A stretch of DNA of 60,856 nucleotides, filler included, from Globobulimina sp. (GCA_003354225.1; 18 parts of 18 records of this genome joined end to end with filler, not necessarily neighbours in it), one strand, 5' to 3'. Counted from the whole stretch's first letter, positions 23,433 to 34,616 are shown. Made by a program: numbers and translations. The notes: generated by a model not told the origin, from the sequence alone.

Positions 23433-23615
23433 AGTCATGATTTGCACTTACGTGACTAATGACGACTTCATCTGAAATTATTATATTTAAACATTATTCA
23501 TTCACTGAGAGTATGAAGTAGTGATTTGCATTCACATGACTAATGACAACTTCATATGATTTTTTTTCCATCATTAAGAAGTCATGATTTGCACTTGCGT
23601 GACTAATGACAACTT
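23433..23615. repeat. Three ~38-bp direct repeats separated by unique spacers
   Basis: agtcatgatttgcacttRcgtgactaatgacRacttca-like units at ~23433, ~23517 and ~23580, with spacers of about 46 and 25 bp. The array runs to the contig end. Confidence 0.85.
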
Positions 23616-23715
23616 NNNNNNNNNNNNNNNNNNNNNNNNNNNNNNNNNNNNNNNNNNNNTTAATTAATTAANNNNNNNNNNNNNNNNNNNNNNNNNNNNN
23701 NNNNNNNNNNNNNNN

Positions 23716-24387
23716 TATACGCAAAATAAAAATCAGTTTAAAAAGAAAAATCAGAGGGAAATAATTAAATATATTCAACATATGATGGATAAGGAGGATA
23801 ATAATAATTATACGCAAAGAATGTTTGAATCGATGACGCGGAATCTACGGAAAAATATAATTTGGGTCAATCGCAATGGAATGGAACAGTTATTGCCAGA
23901 GTTGAAAGAGTTGTTTTTTGGCAAATTTTTGCATTATTTGGCACAAACACATAATATAAAAACACAATATTCGCACGTTGTCGTCCTAAAAATGGAGAAA
24001 AAAGAGATTGAAAAATCGTCGAGAGATTCGGCAATATATTCAGAACAATATAAGCATAGTGTAAATATTATAAATAATAAAAATATTTCAGATTTAGCAT
24101 TTTCATTTCGTTGTTATAGGAAATATGATCAAATTAAGAAAGATATGGTGTTGAAGGCGGAATTTGTGATTGAGGCATTTTCAAAAAGAATAGAATCGAT
24201 ACGTTTAAGTGGCGGCATGTTGTTCCCTCAAATCTCTTTTGATAAATGGGACTTTTGCACATTTTCACACCATAAATTAACAAAAGGATCTTCTTTATTT
24301 TCTATGAAAAAACTACACAAAATAAATGATGAGTTAATTGTTAAAATTTGCTTTCAAATTAAAGAAATAAATCCGTGTAAATCGTAA
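23716..24387 (+). CDS. Hypothetical protein C-terminus, 5'-partial; ends in a MATH-like beta-rich domain
   Basis: Open from the contig start. The first part resembles the tail of the ART-like gene at 47419-47802. Confidence 0.6.
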   Translation, partial: YTQNKNQFKKKNQREIIKYIQHMMDKEDNNNYTQRMFESMTRNLRKNIIWVNRNGMEQLLPELKELFFGKFLHYLAQTHNIKTQYSHVVVLKMEKKEIEKSSRDSAIYSEQYKHSVNIINNKNISDLAFSFRCYRKYDQIKKDMVLKAEFVIEAFSKRIESIRLSGGMLFPQISFDKWDFCTFSHHKLTKGSSLFSMKKLHKINDELIVKICFQIKEINPCKS

Positions 24388-24642
24388 TTCCTTTTTTTTT
24401 TTCATTAATTTTTTTTTTGTTTTTTCTTTTTTTTACTTTATTTTGTAATTTCCCTCATATTTTTATCGAACCGATACACAACTATTGACATAATTTAGCA
24501 GTATGACAGTTGCTGGCATTTTTGCAGAATAACATGTTGAATGCTATGCAAAATTGTTGTAAAATGAATTCGAAGAAATGGAATTTTTGTCATCGTTTAA
24601 ATTATAGTACAGGCCGGGTACAATAAATAAACATTTTTAAAC

Positions 24643-25959
24643 ATGTTGACGGAAACATCACGTATTTATAAATTATACATTGATGAAAAAGGAATTAAAC
24701 CAAAAATTCCCAAACATTTACTCAGTTTTGCCAAATCGAAAGGTGTTAAACTCAGATATATTGACGCAAAAACAATAATTACTCATCCTCCAGATCTGCA
24801 CTCTATTAATAAAACAGATAAACAACATATACAACAACAACATTATCAACAAGAACAAAAAGAGGAAGAAAAGGAAGAATCGAATCAAGATGAAATTGAG
24901 ATGAAAAAGATTATCAAATCCATAAAAAATCCCCATATTGTTTTAATTGGTAGCTTATTATTTGCAAATGTTGCCAACAAAATGAATAAAATGAAAGAAT
25001 TATTTTCAGTTAAATGTGGATATAAAAATATCTCCATTGCTGCAGATGCAATTGGTGGAAATAAGGGCATTGCCAATGACGCATTGAATTCATATTTGAA
25101 TGACATATCGAGTTTAATTCAATTAACTAAAAAAGTGGATTCATTAATAATTATATATTGTGGCTATGGCTATTTTGATAAAGATAATAATTATTTGCTA
25201 TGTGATGACGGCGGAAAATTATCATTAAAAAAAATGAGAGACAAATTTACCTGCAAAAATTGCGATTATTTATCAGATAAACATAAAATATTATATCTCG
25301 ACTATTATAATGATAAAAAAAGCAGTACAAACATGCAAAAAATAGGCGATTTTTATGTTGATTGTGCGCTGTTTAATGATGACATTGGAAACAGTCCATT
25401 CATCGATTCAATTTGTAAATGTTTTATGGATGGAAAGGAACAGGAAATAAATGGATGGCAAGAGAATGCTATCTCAGATTGGACATGTCAAGAATTGCAA
25501 GAATGGATAAAAACACTTGGTATTTCAGATAAAGAATATGAATCTGAATTATTATCATTGATAAAAGAAACGGAAACCACCGTAAAGGATATCGAAGATT
25601 TAAATTGCGATATAACGGATATTGCAAAACCAGCGTTTTCAATGTATATCAACAAAAGTCAACATATGTTGAATTGGTTGGGTGCTAAAATAAAATTATT
25701 AAAAAAAAAACAAAGATGGAAACCTATCGACGAATGGAATTGTAAAGAGTTGATACAATGGATTAAAAGTTTGAATATTTGTAAGAATGATAAGAAATTA
25801 TTAACAAAAAGTATAAAGGAAATGGAATGTGTCGGTGCAGATATAAATTCATGTCAATCTGTTCAGGAAATGTCACAATCGTTTGATGAAATTGATTATT
25901 CGGTTGCAAGTGTTGTATTTAATAGCTTGCTTGAGTTAAGAGCAAGTTATTCATTTTGA
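24643..25959 (+). CDS. Caspase-like (peptidase C14 fold) pseudoenzyme with two C-terminal SAM-like domains
   Basis: 'DSLIIIYCGYG' corresponds to SHG and 'LSDKHKILYLDYY' to KPK.FFIQAC. SAM-like starts 'ISDWTCQELQEWIKTLG' and 'IDEWNCKELIQWIKSLN'. Confidence 0.65.
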   Translation: MLTETSRIYKLYIDEKGIKPKIPKHLLSFAKSKGVKLRYIDAKTIITHPPDLHSINKTDKQHIQQQHYQQEQKEEEKEESNQDEIEMKKIIKSIKNPHIVLIGSLLFANVANKMNKMKELFSVKCGYKNISIAADAIGGNKGIANDALNSYLNDISSLIQLTKKVDSLIIIYCGYGYFDKDNNYLLCDDGGKLSLKKMRDKFTCKNCDYLSDKHKILYLDYYNDKKSSTNMQKIGDFYVDCALFNDDIGNSPFIDSICKCFMDGKEQEINGWQENAISDWTCQELQEWIKTLGISDKEYESELLSLIKETETTVKDIEDLNCDITDIAKPAFSMYINKSQHMLNWLGAKIKLLKKKQRWKPIDEWNCKELIQWIKSLNICKNDKKLLTKSIKEMECVGADINSCQSVQEMSQSFDEIDYSVASVVFNSLLELRASYSF

Positions 25960-25996
25960 ACTTGGTGACATCCTCAAAAAACTAGATACTCATAAC

Positions 25997-26686
25997 ATGC
26001 AAGCACTTGACACAAAACACCATTATTTAATTGTCCGCCACGGAGAGTCGACTGCAAACGTGAGGCATTTAGTGGTAACAGATCCGGATATTGGTTGTTT
26101 TGAATATGGATTGACAAAACACGGAGAAATGCAAACAAAACAAGCAGTAATATCAATACAAAAATTAATAAATAAACACAATTTTACATTGGATAATGTT
26201 TTTATTTATTATTCTGATTTCAAACGAACAAAAGAAACTGCACAGATTATCCAGAAACATATTTTTAACCAAAGTGACAATCAATACAATGGTTCAAAAA
26301 CAATCAAGAATCAATTAATTGCAGCGCCATTATTAAGGGAACGCAGATTTGGTGAATTGGATAAAAATGATGGTAAGTTGGATTATGATATTATTTGGAA
26401 ATATGATAAAATTGATCCAAATCATACAAAATATGGAGTTGAGAGTGTTAATGACACATTAAAAAGACTCAAACAATTTATCACAAATATTGAAAATGCG
26501 TATTCTCGATGCAATGATATAAAATTGATTATCATGGTGTCGCATGGAGATATATGTCAAATCATGCAAACGTTTTTTGCAAATGTACCATCAAATTTGC
26601 ATCACGCTCTTGAATACATTCAGAATGCACAAGTTCGAGATTTGACTGCAATCGCTAACCAATACAAATCGCACTGTAAACTCTAA
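25997..26686 (+). CDS. Histidine phosphatase (phosphoglycerate mutase-like) family protein, possibly peroxisomal
   Basis: 'LIVRHGES', 'SDFKRTKETA', 'LRERRFGEL', 'VSHG'; C-terminal PTS1-like CKL. Confidence 0.93.
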   Translation: MQALDTKHHYLIVRHGESTANVRHLVVTDPDIGCFEYGLTKHGEMQTKQAVISIQKLINKHNFTLDNVFIYYSDFKRTKETAQIIQKHIFNQSDNQYNGSKTIKNQLIAAPLLRERRFGELDKNDGKLDYDIIWKYDKIDPNHTKYGVESVNDTLKRLKQFITNIENAYSRCNDIKLIIMVSHGDICQIMQTFFANVPSNLHHALEYIQNAQVRDLTAIANQYKSHCKL

Positions 26687-26884
26687 AACATTATGCGTTG
26701 AATCCGCAATACAATTTTTGTTATAATATTTCAGAAATGTGTATATTTTTGTTAACAAAAAGTTATATTGAGATTTCATAGACAATGTTATTATGACTGC
26801 ATCATAATTTAACAATTATTAAAATCCGCTATAAATATCTGCAATTATGCAATTCGCTATAAATATTCAAATAAAACGTTAAAA

Positions 26885-26935
26885 ACCTAGTATTCGAAGT
26901 TGACCTAGTATTCGAATCCTAGTATTCAAAGTTGA
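26885..26935. repeat. Short tandem repeat CCTAGTATTCRAA x3
   Basis: Three copies visible in the sequence. Confidence 0.8.
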
Positions 26936-27386
26936 AAACCACTCTAGCTAACCCAAAAACCTTGCCAATCACAAAAGAAGTGTTTAGAAGTTTAAGCCTA
27001 AANNNNNNNNNNNNNNNNNNNNNNNNNNNNNNNNNNNNNNNNNNNNTTAATTAATTAANNNNNNNNNNNNNNNNNNNNNNNNNNNNNNNNNNNNNNNNNN
27101 NNAACTCAATGCAGATAGAATCTTCTGTTTTCTCTGGTACAGCCACAAGGCCAAGTAATAATCGCTGCGATGTACGGCGTATTTTCTCTGTGCCAATAGT
27201 TGACCTTTGTAATTCAAACTCAACTTTTCCGCTTGCTGTAATATCCAACCACTTCAAAAATCTTGAAACGACAACAGGGCTGCAATGCTTTAGCGTGTTG
27301 ATCAAAGCTTTAGTTGTGTTATCTTCCAATTGCCGGTCATATCCTAATCTCGATTCCTGAGAACCTCGATAGTAATAAAAGATATT

Positions 27387-30300
27387 GTGGTGAAAGGACC
27401 GGCCATTTTAACCATGGAAGGCATGCCGAAAACACTAGAATTTAGTAAACTAACTGGTTTGTCTTCCAGTTCCAATACAAAATTATTAACTTCTTTGAGT
27501 ATAAGGAAATGGAATGCAAAAAGACTGCGAGATTTAGAGATTATGGATGATATATTGAGTGTTTTAGTACATCCAAAAGGACCTGCTTCGACCAGGAAAG
27601 CAATGTTTTTAATTACACAAAGATTGTTGATGGAGAATTTTCGATATCAAGAAATTGAATTAATTTCTGCATTTTTATTGCACAAAGCATTTAATGCAGA
27701 GATTGTATCCCGACAAGAAAGAGTGCAGCGACAAGCAAATGCAGCAAATAGTTTATTGGGCGTGCAATCAATCAATAGTTTAACTCACAATTTATCCGTT
27801 GTTCCAATGCAAAACCAACAAGTAATGAATGATGGCGAATTAGTGGTTGAATTCATGAAAATATTTTTTGTGTATATTCACAATAATTTATTACATAAAA
27901 GAAATTATGATGATCAAATCTCCATTAATATTGGCACCAATAATCCATCGGCAATATCTGGAACTCAATCAGGTATTTTTATGTTTAAATATGTTACACA
28001 TCTCATCTCTGTCAATATCAGTGTCTATTTCTCATGCGATGTCCTCTTGTTTCCTTTTCAACATATTGTTTTATTTCCGAATCGCTGGATTGGTGATCAC
28101 CTAAAACTTCTAAATCTAAACGTTTTTCAACTTCTTGAGTGTCTGAGAATATATTATTTGCAGTTAATTTTGATTTTGCAATTCGCGATTTTTTGTTTTT
28201 ATTTCGTTTATGGTTTGATGGCGAAGTAGTATTTGATAACATTTGGCCTATTTTCAGTGATACGTTTTCTGTATCTGTATCACAACCATATTTATTGATA
28301 TATGGTGATGCTGATGCTGATGTTTGTGTATTTTGTGTAATGTCAGTTTTTCTATTTCTTTTCCTTAGACATGGACATATTGGATATATAATGCATTTGA
28401 ATAGTTTGAGACAAACATTTGTCGACATACTACAGCATGACAGACATTGATTACAATTCGTTTTTAGATTTTGTATCCAGATTGATCTGTGGCGATTGAT
28501 TAAATTTGGATGCAATCGGCAATATAATTTGTGCCAAAACTTTCGATTTGCAATTTTTGTGAGAAATCGGTGTTTACAAAGCGTCACATTCCACATTAAC
28601 AATGGGTAGTTAACAATTGCTTCTTCAAACTCTGTTAAATCGATTTTGCCGTCTTTTTTGCGGTCATAATGTGTCATGGCCTCTTTTGCAGGCATTGCAT
28701 GTAATCGTTGTGTACCATGCAACTCTTCCAATAATCGAGCTAATTCATCTCCCATTAGATAGCCATCTCCATCACCATCAAACGTTTGAAATATATATTC
28801 CACGTATTTTGATGGTTGAGATAATACAAATTTGTATAAACCAATCAGAAATTCCTCAAATGTTACTTTGTCATTTCGATCCAAATCCCAACGATCAAAT
28901 AAGTTTGAATAAAATGTATTGATTGGTTGTTGTAAATGTGATGACAAAATAAATTTTGTAATGTAGGTGTTTTGCGACGTTTTCTTTGTCTTTGTGTCTG
29001 TAACTCCAATTTTAATAAAACATTTCCATAAAAATATTAGTTCTTTTTTTCTTATTTTTATCTTTTTTATAGCTTTTTTCATTTTTGGTGTAATGGTTAT
29101 CTCCTGAGGAATTTTAATTTTTTGCTGTTCCAATTTACGTTGTTCTTCGCTCTCTGATTGACAGCCACCCATTTTAAAAAAAGATAAGATGCAATAAAAT
29201 AAAACTAAAACAACAACAAAAAAACACGTGTTTGACGTAACAACTATGTAGGTGCCTTATCCATGTATTCGAAGACCAAAAATGAGTATACAGCAAAGAA
29301 AATAAAAGCGGCGACCGGAAAATATGCAAATAATCGCGTGTTGATTGACACTCAGTTTGATAAAAATTTCCAAGCATTATGCCAGATTATGAATATTCAT
29401 TGGTTTGCAAAATTCTTACATCCCTCCATTGGTGGTAATGTGTCGCGGGCAGTGTTATGTGTATTGAACAAAATAATGGTGTCTGTCCCTCGTTATATGG
29501 AAGAATCGTTTAAACATTCAAATGGATGGGCCATATTGTCGCAATTATTACCGTATTTGGAGTCGCATCCTCGAATATGGATCTTTTTGTTTAGTATATT
29601 ATTTGGATTGGAGCCAAAAAAATGTTCGCATGTATCCACACGACCACAATTACCATTTTCATCCAAATCATTAACCGAACTGTTTACAATTGTGAAATAT
29701 GATGATTTTCAGAAAACATATGTTCAGCACACAATGAGATTGTTATTTTCTGTCATCAAATATTATGTCACCTTATCCATTAACACTGATAATAATAATA
29801 ATAATAATAATATTGATACTGGTTATTGTGTGGTAGCAATTAAATTCTTTTGGCAAATTATTAAAAATAATAAAACCATTCGGGAAGAATTTATCTCTCC
29901 AACCCCGCATTTAGAATTTTTAGTGACTATATTGTTTGAAATTGCCTATGCAAAACATACACGAACATGGAAAAAACGCGGCGGGTTTAATGATTGTTGT
30001 ACATCTATTTATTTGTCACAGAAAGGATTGCCGCCCTTAGACCATGTCATACAGTCGTTATTAACAAAAATATTTGAAGAACGAATCAAAAAACACAAAG
30101 TCTATCCATTATTCAATCGGGTTTTACGTGCATTTCCATCCCGATTAAGTAAATCCAGCACTGATCAAAATATACAACAAAAATTAATTCAATTATATGC
30201 TGTAAAAACTGTCTCGTCGTGTTTACAAAGATTAGAATCGGTGACTTGTATTGATTTATTATTAAATAATGTTATGTTTGTCAATAATATACGAAGAATG

Positions 30301-30388
30301 ATTGAAATTTGTTCATTAACCTTACAAAATTATTTTAGTTTCTCCCTATTAGCCCGCAAACAAAAATCCTCCCTCAAAAAAAACAAAC
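27387..30388 (+). CDS. Internal fragment of a large helical protein, WDFY3/LvsA (BEACH-family)-like. Exons ~27387-27972 and 29252-30388
   Basis: Phase-1 intron 27973-29251 (CAG|GTATTT...TAG|GT) joins the two ORFs in frame. 'HWFAKFLHPS...AVLCVL...FKHSNGWAILSQLLP...FLFSILFG' resembles the WDFY3/Alfy armadillo region. The BEACH domain itself is not in the contig. Confidence 0.6.
28018..29172 (-). CDS. N-acylated EF-hand calcium sensor (calcineurin-B/NCS-like), nested in a host intron
   Basis: MGGCQS myristoylation/palmitoylation motif; EF loops DLDRNDKVTFEEF, DGDGDGYLMGDEL, DRKKDGKIDLTEF; Cys-rich tail. Confidence 0.9.
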   Translation of the reverse strand: MGGCQSESEEQRKLEQQKIKIPQEITITPKMKKAIKKIKIRKKELIFLWKCFIKIGVTDTKTKKTSQNTYITKFILSSHLQQPINTFYSNLFDRWDLDRNDKVTFEEFLIGLYKFVLSQPSKYVEYIFQTFDGDGDGYLMGDELARLLEELHGTQRLHAMPAKEAMTHYDRKKDGKIDLTEFEEAIVNYPLLMWNVTLCKHRFLTKIANRKFWHKLYCRLHPNLINRHRSIWIQNLKTNCNQCLSCCSMSTNVCLKLFKCIIYPICPCLRKRNRKTDITQNTQTSASASPYINKYGCDTDTENVSLKIGQMLSNTTSPSNHKRNKNKKSRIAKSKLTANNIFSDTQEVEKRLDLEVLGDHQSSDSEIKQYVEKETRGHRMRNRH

Positions 30389-30932
30389 NNNNNNNNNNNN
30401 NNNNNNNNNNNNNNNNNNNNNNNNNNNNNNNNTTAATTAATTAANNNNNNNNNNNNNNNNNNNNNNNNNNNNNNNNNNNNNNNNNNNNACATAATAATTG
30501 ATAATATCGCAAACAATATGCAATTCGCAATAAATGGTCGCAATTCTTTACCATTCCACCTTCTTTCTCGTTATTATTATTATTAATATTATAGTTTGCT
30601 GTGTTTGTTTTAAATATTTTAAAATCTGACTTCTCTGTTTGAGTCGCGGTGGCTTTGTCTTTTAGGATTGTTTCTTTGTTTGCCATTTTTAAATGAAAAT
30701 CCTCGCTATTTCTGCACAAGTACAATATTATGGTGAAAATTATAATAAATTACAATGTATTAAACATGAATGGGATCATATCAATTATTCAATGGATCGC
30801 AAATTAGTGTTAAGTGTTTAGCACAGAAACTGCAATGGATCTGCCAGTATAATGAGTGTATGTAATATTTTGATTTGGATCATTTGTTTTGCAGTATTAT
30901 AAAAAAAATATAATAATTAGATAATATTAATC

Positions 30933-33773
30933 TCACATGATGATGCTTGATAGCAAAACAGAAGAAGCAGTCATTACATGCTTATTGTGTTCAAATCGTT
31001 GTCTGATTTGATCATAAATATACTGCCCATCCATTAATTTATGATCATTATGTAATTTACATCCATTTAATAATGCTATCCACATACTGCTGTGATGCAT
31101 ATTAATATCCTTATCATTCTTATGATAATTTTCATATTCCACAATGATTTTTAATGCCATATTTAACATTCCTTTACGTGATAATCCATCTATTAATGCG
31201 GTAACAACATAGCAATCGTATTTTATTTCTGTATCATTAATCTCATACTGCCATATTTGTATCGCCTTTTCAACACTGCCACAATGATTAAATCCGTTAA
31301 TTAAATGAATAAATGTTTTACTGTTTGCTACAATGTCATTATCTGTCATTTGTAAATATAAATTGTATCCATTTTCCGACATTCCATTCCTTTGAAACGC
31401 ATTTATCATCGCATTGAAAAGTGAAATATTATTTATATTTTCATTTTCATTGAAAATATTTTGTGCAATATTAATTTCCCCACATTTCCCAAACATATTA
31501 ATTAAACAAATTTGTATTGATATTTGCGATAACATCCAATTATTTTTTTTATTTATTTTTAAATGATTATATAATTTCTCGCCAAAATGCAACAATGTAC
31601 TCTCTGTACATGCTTTTAATGCAATTGTATATGATATAATATCTGGCAATATATCGTCACCATTTTTCCCTGCAAATATATTATCAAATAAACTCACACA
31701 TTTTTCATGTTCACCACAATTAACATAACTGTCCATTAATGCATTATAACAGGCAATATTTAGTATATTTTTATCAATGGAATTAAATATATTTTCTGCT
31801 TTATTAATATCATCAAAATTGCCATAAAAATCAATCAACGCTGTAAATGCATAAATGTCCTCATTATTATTTGCTATTTTTAATTCAACCTCTTTCCCTT
31901 TCTCATAATCATCGCATTTTATACATGCTTTAATTGCCAACGAATGCAAATAATTATTTTGCAAAAACGTATATTTATCATATAATAATAATGCATTTTT
32001 AGATTCATTATTTGTGATAAAAGCTTTCATCAAACACCCAATTAATATGGAATCTTTTTTGTTGTCCTCCACTGTGTTTACTACATCTTTTGCTATATTT
32101 ATATATCCAAATTCTCCTAAAAATTCAATCAATACACTTTTTAGATTTATATCGCATTTATTTAAATCTATTTTGTTTTTGATTATTTCTAGTCCGACAT
32201 CGCAATTCTTCTGTTTTATACAACATTTTATTAACAGAATATGGCTCACATTATCTTGCAATGTATTATATTTATTATATAAATTGAACATTGTATCGTA
32301 ATGACAATGTTGTAAACAAACCGACAGCAACGCATTCAAAACAACACTTGTCTTCTTCTCTTCGCTCAACACATTAAATATGTAAAACGATTCTGTATAT
32401 TTTCCAAAATATCCATGAAAACTTATCATTGTTCCTAATAAATTCTCATTGTTTACGCAACTTATTTTAATATTATCAATAATGTCTTTTCCTGTTTTTG
32501 TGTCATTACATTTTATACAGGCTTTTAATGCGTAAATATGTGCAATTTCATTTAAAACTGATCTGGTTTTAAAATCTCTGTAAACATCCAATGTTTTATC
32601 ATATTTATGATCCATAAAAAATGTATTCATGATACTATTTATCATAAATGAACTAACCTTATTTTTACTGACTGATTCAAATACGTTCAATGCATTGTCG
32701 ATTTCACCAAAATGTCCATAAAAATCAATTAATTTCGAGGCAATCTTGCTGTTATCTTTTATTTTGATTTTTGAATGAATCATTTTTCCTGTTTCATAAT
32801 CATTACATTTCCGGCATGCTTTCAGTGCCAACCCATCGAGCACTAAATTGCTGTCTACGTTATATTTCTCATATAATTGTAACGCTTTTATTGCATAATT
32901 ATTTTGTATATACATTTTCATCATAACACTGATCAAAATGGCATTAATTTGATGATGATTTAAGGCATAAAATATGTTTTCACACATTTTAATTTCACCG
33001 AAATGTCCGTAAAAATCAATTAATATCGTTTTTATATTCAAATCATACTCTTTTTTAATGTTTGAATGAATTATTTTTCCATTGTTAAAATCATTCAATT
33101 TTGTGCATGCTTTTATGGCCAATCCATTGCAAATATCATCCATTTGCAACTTAGTTATATTTGTATTATATATTTGCATTGCATTGCTATGATAATTGTT
33201 ATTTATTAAGCTTTGCATAGTGGCACTAATTAAAATAATATCTTTCTGATTGGATGAATTGAATACTTTCATTATATCATCAAATGAATTAAACACGTTT
33301 ATAAATGCCATATTTATATAAATATCATTAATTCCAATGTGCGAAATCAGTGAATATATTTTACGCAACTTATGAATGTGAACATCATTGTAGCCGTCGC
33401 ATTGTTCAGTTATTGAACTGATTGATTTCGAAAAATGTTTGATATCTTTTGCATTATAACAATTGTAATCGATGACCCATTGCAATGTTTGAATGCAGTC
33501 ATCAAGATTCTTGACACAATGTTTAAACACTAATCCGTAAAAAAAACGTTTTCCATTGTCATTATTTGGTGTGTTGTTTGCATTAATTTGTGTTATGTCA
33601 TCCCATATTAACGATGTTAATTTTTCCGGAAATTTCAAATGAGTGCAGATTTTTAGGAATTCATTGATTTGCAAAGCTGTTTTGTTGATAGTGCCTTCGT
33701 ATTTGCTCACACACGACTCGCACGTCAAATGTTTCAATGATTGTTTCGTGTAAAATGATGATTGCTGCAGTTT
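30933..33773 (-). CDS. Large PLS-type PPR protein ending in an E-like domain (no DYW); 5'-partial
   Basis: Recurrent triplets 'LIDFYGHFGEI..A.N.F' / 'ISVMMKMYIQNN...AL.LY' / 'LALKAC.K.ND...GK.IH'. Ends 'MWIALLNGCKLH...MTASSVLLSSIIM*'. Confidence 0.93.
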   Translation of the reverse strand, partial: KLQQSSFYTKQSLKHLTCESCVSKYEGTINKTALQINEFLKICTHLKFPEKLTSLIWDDITQINANNTPNNDNGKRFFYGLVFKHCVKNLDDCIQTLQWVIDYNCYNAKDIKHFSKSISSITEQCDGYNDVHIHKLRKIYSLISHIGINDIYINMAFINVFNSFDDIMKVFNSSNQKDIILISATMQSLINNNYHSNAMQIYNTNITKLQMDDICNGLAIKACTKLNDFNNGKIIHSNIKKEYDLNIKTILIDFYGHFGEIKMCENIFYALNHHQINAILISVMMKMYIQNNYAIKALQLYEKYNVDSNLVLDGLALKACRKCNDYETGKMIHSKIKIKDNSKIASKLIDFYGHFGEIDNALNVFESVSKNKVSSFMINSIMNTFFMDHKYDKTLDVYRDFKTRSVLNEIAHIYALKACIKCNDTKTGKDIIDNIKISCVNNENLLGTMISFHGYFGKYTESFYIFNVLSEEKKTSVVLNALLSVCLQHCHYDTMFNLYNKYNTLQDNVSHILLIKCCIKQKNCDVGLEIIKNKIDLNKCDINLKSVLIEFLGEFGYINIAKDVVNTVEDNKKDSILIGCLMKAFITNNESKNALLLYDKYTFLQNNYLHSLAIKACIKCDDYEKGKEVELKIANNNEDIYAFTALIDFYGNFDDINKAENIFNSIDKNILNIACYNALMDSYVNCGEHEKCVSLFDNIFAGKNGDDILPDIISYTIALKACTESTLLHFGEKLYNHLKINKKNNWMLSQISIQICLINMFGKCGEINIAQNIFNENENINNISLFNAMINAFQRNGMSENGYNLYLQMTDNDIVANSKTFIHLINGFNHCGSVEKAIQIWQYEINDTEIKYDCYVVTALIDGLSRKGMLNMALKIIVEYENYHKNDKDINMHHSSMWIALLNGCKLHNDHKLMDGQYIYDQIRQRFEHNKHVMTASSVLLSSIIM

Positions 33774-33874
33774 ANNNNNNNNNNNNNNNNNNNNNNNNNN
33801 NNNNNNNNNNNNNNNNNNTTAATTAATTAANNNNNNNNNNNNNNNNNNNNNNNNNNNNNNNNNNNNNNNNNNNN

Positions 33875-34616
33875 GAGTTTGATGACTGTTAAATTGTCCG
33901 CTCAGATCACAATTATCCACAATTAAATGTTGTATTGATGATAAATCATTTATTGATGCTGGTTTTGGTCGCATTTCAAATTCGTCATTGCTAAAATCAA
34001 TATGCATAAAACAATTCATATCAATTTGCAATCGCGCATTAAGTGATATTTTATTGGATTTGCGCCGATTCGATAAATAAGACACTAAAAAAATGAATGT
34101 ACTCTTGACATGAGATAAATGACCTAAAATGCGAATTTTTTTGACAAATTCAATGGGAATAAATAAATCTACAAATGTTGATTGCACCGTATTGCCATTA
34201 TCCATTGTCAACCAATCAAAATCAAAAATAATTTCATTCATTGTTTGCAGTGAAATGTAAATATTCAAATAAATCAGCTCACTGTCATTATTCCTGTAAA
34301 ACTGCAGCAAATGTGTTTCATTCTTATGCTCATTGTTTTTGGCTTTTGTTATTTCGGCTTTGTGAGACTGATAATGTAAAGACCAGGATGTGTTTGGTAT
34401 TGCTATGGATTGCAAATCACTCAATGGATTATTGAGGATAATTTTGTTTATATCTGCACATAGATTGAAAGAGAAATGTCTCCAAATATTTGGCGATTGC
34501 ATTATTATTTTGGTATAGCCATTGTTTGCTTGCAATAACTTTAATGTGCACGACGGCACATATTCCAATACAATGGTCGTCAAATCTGATGGGAGAATGG
34601 TATTGCTATTATTCAT
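33875..34616 (-). CDS. F-box-like protein, 3'-partial
   Basis: 'ILPSDLTTIVLEYVP..TL..L......II.QSPNIWR' F-box pattern; LRR-like start 'LSSIQHLIVDNCDLSG'. Confidence 0.55.

Noticed and set aside
23433-23615. CRISPR array
   Set aside because: Only three degenerate repeats, very unequal spacers, no cas genes, eukaryotic context.
30489-30932. Downstream DYW exon for the 30933 PPR gene
   Set aside because: No PG-box, HxE or CxxC motifs seen. The short minus ORF there is unrelated and unsupported.
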